Below are positions 56,929 through 63,993 of a DNA stretch of 63,993 nt, in pieces. How positions within the stretch are numbered: the stretch's first letter is position 1; the number at the start of each line of letters is the position of its first letter. Made by a program: the position numbers and the translations under genes. The stretch comes from a virus (lineage: Duplodnaviria; Caudoviricetes), in IMG/VR virus record IMGVR_UViG_3300008448_006341, positions 1 to 63,993 of that record. The stretch is one strand, 5' to 3'. The notes under the pieces are model-generated. The model searched no databases. It saw only the letters and a program-made list of their open reading frames with translations, and was not told the DNA's origin.

Positions 56929-58859
56929 AAAAGATACTGTTAACCTTATTGTTTTTATGCTCTAATGCATATGCTGACCTAACTGATATCAAATTCGGCC
57001 AAAGTCAGATCGCTGACAGTCAATGGAACGTTAATGCCTGTCTTAACACCACCACCTGCCAGATTTATAGCAAACAACCTGGAACAGCTTACAAGATTCC
57101 TTGGACTAGTGGGCAGGTACAATGGGCTGCTGGAGACTATGTAAAATTTGAAATGAGCGGAAACAACTCGTTTCCCTATACTGCAAAGCAATACGACAGC
57201 GCAGGTAATGTTAAATCTACACTGGGCAGTGGTAAAATTGTTAATATGGGTCCTGACTATTTTTTCTTTGTAGGTAGTGATAATAACACTGGACAACTAT
57301 TCAGCGGTAGCAGCGGTATGAGCGGAACAGCAGGAGTAAGTTGGACTGGCACACTTAACCCTTCGGTGGCACAGGCCAATACCTATGCTGATGCTAGTTA
57401 CTCTACCGTTCCGTTAACCGCAGGACAGACTGCAACAACTACACCTAGTAGTTCAGCGCCTCCACCTGCTCCGCCACCATCTACAGGGCCTGTTAGTCCT
57501 ACTGCTACTAATGCTAATTTTGGATTTGAATCTGGTACTACTGCTAACTGGACAATCAGTAATGGTACTGGTACAGAAAAAACTGATCCGTGGAGCGACA
57601 ATGGCAGTGGTGTAAACACTTCTAAAGGTATGGCAAACTATAGTCCAGACGGACAAAAGTCTTGGACAGTGACACCTTATGGTACATACATGCTGGCGAT
57701 TCAAGCTGGCGGCGGCAGTCCTAACTTTGATCCTGCTATGACAAGTTTAGGTTTAACTACTACACATATAACTGAGATAAGAAACTATCTAACAGGATTA
57801 GGTGGAAATAGTTCACCAACAAATGCTTCTTGGGCAAAACGTACAGTTACACTGGAAGCAGGCAAAACTTATGTTGTAGCATGGCAGTATATGAGCACTG
57901 ACTATGTACCGTTTAATGACGGCTCTATGATGACTTTAATACACTCTACTGATCCTAGTAAAGTGCCTACACTAAACAACAACACAAAGAATTATGCCTT
58001 GCTAGGATTTACTAATCCCGGCACAGGTAACTATGCCACTGACAGTTACGGTTCTACTGGTTGGCAGTTGGCTACTATTACTGTGCCTATCACAGGAGAT
58101 TATATACTAGGTTTTGCCAGTTTCAATCTAGGCGATACTGCGTTAAGTCCTATTTTGTTTGTTGACGATTTACAAGGCGCAACGTTTTTAAATGGCACAA
58201 CATTTGGTCCTATTGCTCCTAACGCAGGAAGTAACGCTCCAGTAACTGGTGGTGGTGGCAGCACACCCCCACCTTGTCCTAACAGTTCTACATGCTCTAC
58301 AGATGCGTTTGCTGCCAACACTGGATTTAACAATCGTGCCAATGTATGGAGCCAACAAACTGGCAACAAAGTTATCATTGAACAGATTGGTAGCTATAAT
58401 GTTATCACAGTAGGACAGTCTGGTCGTAAAAATTATTCAGAAATTGATATTATAGGTAGTAATAATTCAGTAACAACTATTCAAACAAGTGGATTAACAT
58501 CTGCTACAAATTATATGGAAATATCAGTTAACGGAAGTAATAATACCATAGAAAATAGACAAAACAGTACTGGTGGTGCTAAAGGTAGTATGACTACGGT
58601 TAACAACAATAATAATCAAGTTGAAATATGGCAGAAAGACAACGGCAATCATTATGCAGAAATCAACGTATCGGGCGGCAGCAAAACAGTTGGTGTTATA
58701 CAAGAAGGTAGTGGAAGCCATATGGCTAAAATAACTCTTACAGGCGGCGCTACAACTATCAATACTACACAAAGTGGCAGCACACAGCAGTTCTACTCAA
58801 TAACACATAGCTGTGCCCAAGCGAGCTGTGCGGCAATAACTGTTACTCAAGGGCAGTAA
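56925..58859 (+). CDS. Exported multidomain protein with C-terminal curlin-like repeats
   Basis: Signal peptide, Pro linkers, NFGFESG beta-sandwich-like domain, then IEQIGSYN/VGQSGRKN/IQEGSGSH repeats. Confidence 0.75.
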   Translation: MKKILLTLLFLCSNAYADLTDIKFGQSQIADSQWNVNACLNTTTCQIYSKQPGTAYKIPWTSGQVQWAAGDYVKFEMSGNNSFPYTAKQYDSAGNVKSTLGSGKIVNMGPDYFFFVGSDNNTGQLFSGSSGMSGTAGVSWTGTLNPSVAQANTYADASYSTVPLTAGQTATTTPSSSAPPPAPPPSTGPVSPTATNANFGFESGTTANWTISNGTGTEKTDPWSDNGSGVNTSKGMANYSPDGQKSWTVTPYGTYMLAIQAGGGSPNFDPAMTSLGLTTTHITEIRNYLTGLGGNSSPTNASWAKRTVTLEAGKTYVVAWQYMSTDYVPFNDGSMMTLIHSTDPSKVPTLNNNTKNYALLGFTNPGTGNYATDSYGSTGWQLATITVPITGDYILGFASFNLGDTALSPILFVDDLQGATFLNGTTFGPIAPNAGSNAPVTGGGGSTPPPCPNSSTCSTDAFAANTGFNNRANVWSQQTGNKVIIEQIGSYNVITVGQSGRKNYSEIDIIGSNNSVTTIQTSGLTSATNYMEISVNGSNNTIENRQNSTGGAKGSMTTVNNNNNQVEIWQKDNGNHYAEINVSGGSKTVGVIQEGSGSHMAKITLTGGATTINTTQSGSTQQFYSITHSCAQASCAAITVTQGQ

Positions 58860-58908
58860 TATTGGCACAGTAAAGTATCATTAGCTAAAAAAGTCTAATA
58901 AATACTTA

Positions 58909-59319
58909 ATGCGATTCCAAGAATTTAAAAATACTGAACCACAGTTTCTTCAAGCATTACAGGACTTCCTGCCCATTGCTATGCAAGAACTTGATATTAA
59001 GTCTCTTCCTAAAATCAAATTAGAAAAAATCGTTCCAGACGATGAACAACCTACTTTTGGACGGATGGACTACGACGACAAAACTATAACTATAGGTCTA
59101 GCCAATAGACATATAATTGACATACTGCGTACTTTGGCACACGAACTAGTGCATTGGAAACAACTGACACTAAACCAACTAGGCGACATGAGCGGAGAAA
59201 CTGGCAGTCCTGAAGAAAATCAAGCCAACGAAGTAGCTGGTGTTATAATGAGACACTTTAATAAAAAGTTCCCTCAGTACTTTCACACTAAACCTTTAGA
59301 TATGGACGTAAGCAAATGA
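58909..59319 (+). CDS. HExxH zincin-like putative virion protein
   Basis: MRFQEF; LRTLAHELVHWKQ ... EENQAN. Confidence 0.75.
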   Translation: MRFQEFKNTEPQFLQALQDFLPIAMQELDIKSLPKIKLEKIVPDDEQPTFGRMDYDDKTITIGLANRHIIDILRTLAHELVHWKQLTLNQLGDMSGETGSPEENQANEVAGVIMRHFNKKFPQYFHTKPLDMDVSK

Positions 59320-61370
59320 AGAAAATTTTACTTAATCCCTGGACGGCTCTGATCACACTGGCTGTAGTTTTATTGATCCGTGCTTGGGATCCAAGTTTTG
59401 TAGAAAGTGTAAGACTACGTTACTTTGATCAACTAATTACATCTGCACCTAAAAAACCTGTTCCAGTACATACTGTTAACATAGACGAAGCAGCACTAGA
59501 CAAATACGGTCAATGGCCTTTCCCTCGTGATGTATATGCAAAGATAATTCAAGACTTGTATAAACGAGATGTGGCACTGGTTGTATTCAATGTAATGATG
59601 CCAGAAAAAGATCGCTTTGGCAAAGATGCTGTACTAGCAGACACATTGAAACAGTTTCCAGTTGTACTACCCGCAGTAGGCAGTACAAAAAGTAAGAATA
59701 CAGATAGAGGCAGTCCTGTACAGCTAGTGGGTCAGGACCCAACTGGAAAAATGGCAGAGTATCATGGACTGATTAATTCCGTAGATGTAATAGCAGACCT
59801 AGCTGCAGGTGTTGGTATTGTTAATACATTTCCAGAGATAGACGGTGTTGTTCGACGCATGCCTTTGGTCATCATAGCAGGCGGTAATGTTCATCCTGCA
59901 CTGAGTTTAGAAACACTCAGAACTGCGGCCAATGACAAGATACAGGTTAAGATCGGGGATAAAGGTGTAGAAGCTCTACGTATTCCACAAATGGGCAAGT
60001 TTGACACAGACAATTTAAGTCGCATTTGGATTGACTGGTCATCCAAGCCAACAGAACACAGTCTTGCTGACCTACCAAAAAGTTTTAACGGTGAAGTCGT
60101 TATTGTTGGATTAAGCGCAGCAGGTCTTGTAAATCCTGTGTCGACAGCACAGGGAGAAGTGTGGCCGCAGTACTTACAGGCCGCAGTATTCGGCACAATG
60201 GTCAGCGGCAGTAATATTCAACGTTCAGGCCATGCTGATGATTTAGAAATTATACTAATATTGATCGCAGGCGTAGCACTGATATTTTTAATGAGGTGGA
60301 CCTATGTGGGCATTGCGGCAACTGTTGTTGTTATTGGTGGGGTCATTGGTGGTAGCATTTACGCTTACAGTAGCCATATGGTATTATACGACTCAACTGC
60401 CTTTGCAGTTGGCGTTGGACTGGTCGCTTTGCATGCCTACATGGTCAAGTTCGTCTCAGAGTTCTTACAGAAGCAACAGATCAGAAAGCAGTTCCAAAGC
60501 TACCTCAGTCCCGACCTTGTTGCCAAACTGATTAAAGATCCTAGTCTATTACGTCTAGGCGGAGAGGAAAAAGAACTCAGTATTATGTTTACTGACGTTC
60601 GTGGCTTTACCAGCATCAGTGAACACTACGGCAGAGATGTGCAGGGCTTAACCAGCATTATGAATCGTTACATGACTGCTATGACTAGAACTATTCTTGA
60701 AACAGGCGGTACACTAGACAAGTATATTGGTGATGCACAAATGGCTTTCTGGAATGCACCACTTGATGAGACCAAGCATTGTAAAGATGCTGTCAAAGCC
60801 GCACTCGAAATGTTAGGGAGTTTAGATGGGTTTAATAACAGTATTAAAGAAGAAGGTGTTCCACCCTTTGGCATGGGTATTGGCATTAACACTGGGGTTG
60901 TTGTTGTTGGTAATATGGGCAGCGAGCAGCGTTTTGACTATACTTGTCTTGGTGATTCTGTCAATCTTGCATCCAGACTTGAAGGACAAAGTAAAAACTA
61001 TGGCGTCCTCATTGTACTTGGTCCCGTAACTGCTGAACGTGTAGCCACTGACTATTTTACTCTAGAACTAGACTGTATCGCTGTTAAAGGTAAGAAAGAC
61101 GGGGTAAACATCTATACAGTATTCTACAATCCTTCTACTGAAGAAGAACTTAAAGAATGGAAACATGACAGAGAACTACATGATCTCATGTTAGAATACT
61201 ATCGTAAGCAACAATGGGATAAAGCCATTGCGTTAATTGAAACTGTGAGAGGCAAGTTTGCCGGTGGCATGGATCATTACTATGATCTATGGTTAGAACG
61301 AATAGAGGAAATGCGTAATGCGAATTTACCTAGCGACTGGGACGGAGTTTTTAGAGCCACGAGCAAATGA
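59316..61370 (+). CDS. CHASE2-domain class III adenylate cyclase
   Basis: IDEAAL..GQWPFPR, DGVVRR, three TM helices, FTDVRGFT, DKYIGD, YTCLGDSVNLASRLEG. Confidence 0.95.
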   Translation: MKKILLNPWTALITLAVVLLIRAWDPSFVESVRLRYFDQLITSAPKKPVPVHTVNIDEAALDKYGQWPFPRDVYAKIIQDLYKRDVALVVFNVMMPEKDRFGKDAVLADTLKQFPVVLPAVGSTKSKNTDRGSPVQLVGQDPTGKMAEYHGLINSVDVIADLAAGVGIVNTFPEIDGVVRRMPLVIIAGGNVHPALSLETLRTAANDKIQVKIGDKGVEALRIPQMGKFDTDNLSRIWIDWSSKPTEHSLADLPKSFNGEVVIVGLSAAGLVNPVSTAQGEVWPQYLQAAVFGTMVSGSNIQRSGHADDLEIILILIAGVALIFLMRWTYVGIAATVVVIGGVIGGSIYAYSSHMVLYDSTAFAVGVGLVALHAYMVKFVSEFLQKQQIRKQFQSYLSPDLVAKLIKDPSLLRLGGEEKELSIMFTDVRGFTSISEHYGRDVQGLTSIMNRYMTAMTRTILETGGTLDKYIGDAQMAFWNAPLDETKHCKDAVKAALEMLGSLDGFNNSIKEEGVPPFGMGIGINTGVVVVGNMGSEQRFDYTCLGDSVNLASRLEGQSKNYGVLIVLGPVTAERVATDYFTLELDCIAVKGKKDGVNIYTVFYNPSTEEELKEWKHDRELHDLMLEYYRKQQWDKAIALIETVRGKFAGGMDHYYDLWLERIEEMRNANLPSDWDGVFRATSK

Positions 61371-61492
61371 TTGATCCATTTGCTTTATGGTTTGATTATC
61401 AGGTGTGGTTAATGCTACAAATGAAATTTATGACACCTGCATACATGATGAGTAACAATGATGATATGCAGGCGTTTTTGAAACAGTTTAGC

Positions 61493-62209
61493 TTAAACGG
61501 TATTAAGGCTTCTAATCTTTGCAAGCCCTACGATTCTAAATAACGTAAACCACATCCAACCTATGTCAAATTCGAACCAGCGTCTGCTGAGTTTAGGATT
61601 TGCTGGATCAAGATGGTGATTGTTGTGCAGCTCTTCACCGCCAATTAAGATACCCCAAGGACTTACATTGTGTGAGCGATCTTTAGTTTCGCCATTACGA
61701 TATCCCCACCAATGTCCAACTCCATTGATAAAGCCAGCAGCCCAGAATGGTATCCAGATCATCTGAACACCCCACACTAAAAATCCCCATGGCCCAAATA
61801 ATAACAGATCTATGATCAACATTAAAAGAATGCCCAGTCGATGGTGAGGTGTATAAAGTTTGCGCTCGATCCAGTCTTTGGGAGTACCCATGCCGTATTT
61901 CATAACCATGTGTGCATCTCTACCTGCTTGATTATAAAATTTAACTCCGCCAAAGACTAGTTGCCAAATGCCAAATACGTGTGGGCTGTGCGGATCGCCT
62001 TCTACGTCTGTATTCTGATGATGTTTACGATGTATTGCCACCCATTGTTTAGTAGTCATACCAGTGGTCATCCATAACCAAAATCGCATAAAGTGACTCA
62101 GTGCAGGATGAAACTCAATACCTCTATGTGCTTGGCAGCGATGCAGATATAGGGTAACACAAACGATAGTTATGTGTGTACAGATTAATATATAGATAAA
62201 TTCATTCAT
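61493..62209 (-). CDS. Membrane fatty acid (delta-9-type) desaturase
   Basis: His boxes HRCQAH, HRKHH, HNNHH. Confidence 0.93.
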   Translation of the reverse strand: MNEFIYILICTHITIVCVTLYLHRCQAHRGIEFHPALSHFMRFWLWMTTGMTTKQWVAIHRKHHQNTDVEGDPHSPHVFGIWQLVFGGVKFYNQAGRDAHMVMKYGMGTPKDWIERKLYTPHHRLGILLMLIIDLLLFGPWGFLVWGVQMIWIPFWAAGFINGVGHWWGYRNGETKDRSHNVSPWGILIGGEELHNNHHLDPANPKLSRRWFEFDIGWMWFTLFRIVGLAKIRSLNTV

Positions 62210-62216
62210 CTAGTAT

Positions 62217-62564
62217 TTAATCATCTCCGGCCGAGTCTTTAATTTCTTGTTTAGTGGCTTTGCGCTTGCCAATTGGAGCATCTTCTGAAGTTTTATTAAT
62301 TTCCTGTTCAGCTTTGATACGCTCATACTCAATGGTCTTACCGCGTAGTTCCATTACAGTTTCAACCTTTTGATTTAACCGAATAAGATCGTTATCAAGC
62401 ATACGAATACGATCAATAAGAGCAATAAGAGTTCCATTGGCTTGTCCTATAACAGGTTTGATTTCTGTGGTTACCCAGGTCCACACGTAATAGATGAAAT
62501 AACCCATGCCGCCAGCAGCCACAATTGGGAAACCATATTTGTTTACTAGTTCTACCGGATCCAT
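62217..62564 (-). CDS. Membrane-anchored coiled-coil protein (paralog of 62705-62980)
   Basis: YGFPIVAAGGMGYFIY; RIRMLDNDLIRL. Confidence 0.75.
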   Translation of the reverse strand: MDPVELVNKYGFPIVAAGGMGYFIYYVWTWVTTEIKPVIGQANGTLIALIDRIRMLDNDLIRLNQKVETVMELRGKTIEYERIKAEQEINKTSEDAPIGKRKATKQEIKDSAGDD

Positions 62565-62705
62565 TTATTTTTCCTCACTCCAAAATCCCCACGGGTTATA
62601 AATCTTCTTTTCTACTTTTTTTGACTCTTTGTAATAAAGAACATAAGCAGTTATTAAAACTAAACATTCTAACAAATAGAATACTAGAAAGGATTCAAAT
62701 ATCAT
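62565..62705 (-). CDS. 46-aa membrane peptide
   Basis: MIFESFLVFYLLECLVLITAYVLYY...; abuts both neighbours. Confidence 0.55.
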   Translation of the reverse strand: MIFESFLVFYLLECLVLITAYVLYYKESKKVEKKIYNPWGFWSEEK

Positions 62706-62980
62706 TAGTCCTTCCTTTGATCGGTTTGTTCTGCTCTGCTTATGCGATCATAGTCAGGTTGAAGGCCTAGTGCGTGACTGACTTTAACATCAATACGTTG
62801 TAATTGGTTAGTCATCGTGTCTACACGAGCATCTAATCCTTTGATAATACCGCCCATACCGTTGACACTGCTAGTAACACCAGCAAGAATAAATTTTAGT
62901 GTTAAGAATACAAAATAGCCTGCTGCCATTGCTCCTGCAATAGGAAAACCTAACTCTGCTACTAATTTTAAAAAGTCCAT
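62705..62980 (-). CDS. Membrane-anchored coiled-coil protein
   Basis: LGFPIAGAMAAGYFVF; AGGAG SD. Confidence 0.75.
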   Translation of the reverse strand: MDFLKLVAELGFPIAGAMAAGYFVFLTLKFILAGVTSSVNGMGGIIKGLDARVDTMTNQLQRIDVKVSHALGLQPDYDRISRAEQTDQRKD

Positions 62981-63066
62981 TTTCGCTCCTGGATTTTATA
63001 TGTGTATTTATTAAATTTGGGCTAATCAGAATTTGACAATTTGCGTTAAATATGTTTAAATACAGT

Positions 63067-63141
63067 ATGGATGATGATTTAACAAGATTTGTAATCGGAT
63101 TTGTTGCTGTAGTGACAGTGATGTTACTGATCTTGTTGTAA
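63067..63141 (+). CDS. 24-aa hydrophobic peptide
   Basis: TAAATA-N4-ATG; MDDDLTRFVIGFVAVVTVMLLILL. Confidence 0.45.
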   Translation: MDDDLTRFVIGFVAVVTVMLLILL

Positions 63142-63539
63142 GTTATTGCTGTATGAAGCAAAGAGAAAAGTGTTCTGGACGCGGGTTCGACTCCCGCCAG
63201 GTCCACCAAAAGGATATTTATGAAGTACACCGCATTGTGCCCAAATTGTTTTATTAGATTTGGTTGGGTAATGAGGAAAGGCTTAACAAAACATAAGTGT
63301 TTTTCTGATGGGCCTGCCATGGTTTCGACAGGGCAAAGAGTAACGGAGTGGACAGCTCGGGAAAGCAGAACCCGTAGGATTGGGGTAACCCGGTCGTAGA
63401 AGCAAAAACCATAAATGCAAAAACAGCATTTCAGTACTGGCAAGCTCCAGTTGGCGTTTCAGCAATGAACGACAGCGAGTTCGCCCTAGCTGCCTAAAAA
63501 ACAGAGTGCCGGGGTTGGCTACCTTGTAACCCAATAGCC
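63142..63539 (+). ncRNA. ssrA: Two-piece (circularly permuted) tmRNA
   Basis: T-arm GCGGG-TTCGACT-CCCGC plus CAGGTCC-A-CCA (ends 63208) precedes GGGCCTG (63310); 7-bp acceptor stem with G3-U70; tag frame 63417-63497 ends FALAA. Outer ends approximate. Confidence 0.93.
63220..63399 (+). CDS. ORF starting in the tmRNA intervening segment (CxxC...HxC)
   Basis: AAGGA SD; MKYTALCPNCFIRFGWVMRKGLTKHKCFSD/GPA..., 59 aa. Confidence 0.4.
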   Translation: MKYTALCPNCFIRFGWVMRKGLTKHKCFSDGPAMVSTGQRVTEWTARESRTRRIGVTRS

Positions 63540-63565
63540 GATAGGGCTTCGGCCCTATCTTTTTC
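63540..63565 (+). terminator. Intrinsic terminator after tmRNA
   Basis: GATAGGGC-TTCG-GCCCTATC-TTTTT. Confidence 0.9.
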
Positions 63566-63600
63566 TTTTGTTGCAAAAACACCACATTATAACATGGTTC

Positions 63601-63844
63601 TTGACAAGAGATATAAATACTCATATAATAGAAAACATTGTACAGCAGTGAAGTCCGGAAAGACCCTACAGTTTACTCAGAATTAAACTAGAGGCTTGAC
63701 AGCAGAGACTAATTACTATACAATAGAGACAAGTTAGCAAGCAAAGCGTTTGAAGTTGTTGTAAAAATACAACAAACAAAGATAGCCAAAAGTTGTTGAC
63801 AAGGGTGTTGAAAGACACTATAATTAAGACTAGTTAGCAGGCAA
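63601..63844 (+). promoter_or_regulatory. Three tandem sigma70-type promoters
   Basis: TTGACA-N17-TATAAT (63601), TTGACA-N17-TACAAT (63696), TTGACA-N17-TATAAT (63796). Confidence 0.85.
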
Positions 63845-63993
63845 TGGTGCTTGTTAACACAAAAGGATTTTAAGAGAAAGCAAATGACAAACGTAACGAT
63901 ACATTATTGCAGACAAGACGCCAAACAGGCAGGCTTTATGCCCACCTCTTGGTTACTGTCAAGTAATGATCGTACACCAGAGATTTGCCAGGG

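Noticed and set aside
63171-63208. Stand-alone tRNA (T-arm plus CCA)
   Set aside because: No D-arm or anticodon arm upstream; its acceptor partner lies downstream at 63310, so it is half of a permuted tmRNA.
670-63624. Many minus-strand and alternate-frame ORFs in the track (e.g. 25733-26266, 30237-30890, 62871-63443)
   Set aside because: Shadows of well-supported genes or tmRNA; no SD or recognisable motifs.
1-63993. Stop-codon reassignment
   Set aside because: Known genes are full length in the standard code, and TAA, TGA and TAG all end genes.
1-63993. Bacterial chromosome origin
   Set aside because: Host-like genes are isolated from their usual operons and interleaved with PAAR, tail-like and many small phage ORFs under T4-type late promoters.
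63884-63993. ORF MTNVTIHYC... at window end
   Set aside because: Truncated by the window and has no recognisable motif; cannot be supported.

Overview
A densely coded 64-kb segment of a large tailed dsDNA phage (T4-like/jumbo myovirus style), mostly on the + strand. It has T4-type TATAAATA/TAAATA late promoters, consensus sigma70 early promoters, a PAAR protein, tail/baseplate-like proteins and nrdAB. Host-like genes suggest an aquatic proteobacterial host, most likely a betaproteobacterium (inference). Host-derived genes include ahpC/ahpD, pstS with a pho-box-like repeat, hemA (ALAS), heme oxygenase plus a bilin reductase, iscU/iscA, dnaK/hsp20/clpS, bS21, a desaturase and a rfaD-like epimerase. 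The most system-like locus is at 53.7-61.4 kb: csgF-csgG-curlin-FecR-curlin/passenger fusion-CHASE2 adenylate cyclase, i.e. amyloid secretion linked to transmembrane cAMP signalling. Several signals are absent from the ORF track: a 23-aa PqqA peptide gene, a two-piece permuted tmRNA with a 26-codon tag and an ORF in its intervening segment, two matching -1 frameshift sites, ROSE-like thermometers on dnaK and hsp20, many apparently leaderless late genes, and a shared M-[RK]-x-x-E-[FILV] N-terminus on about 15 unrelated proteins. All calls come from reading motifs by eye; no database search was run.
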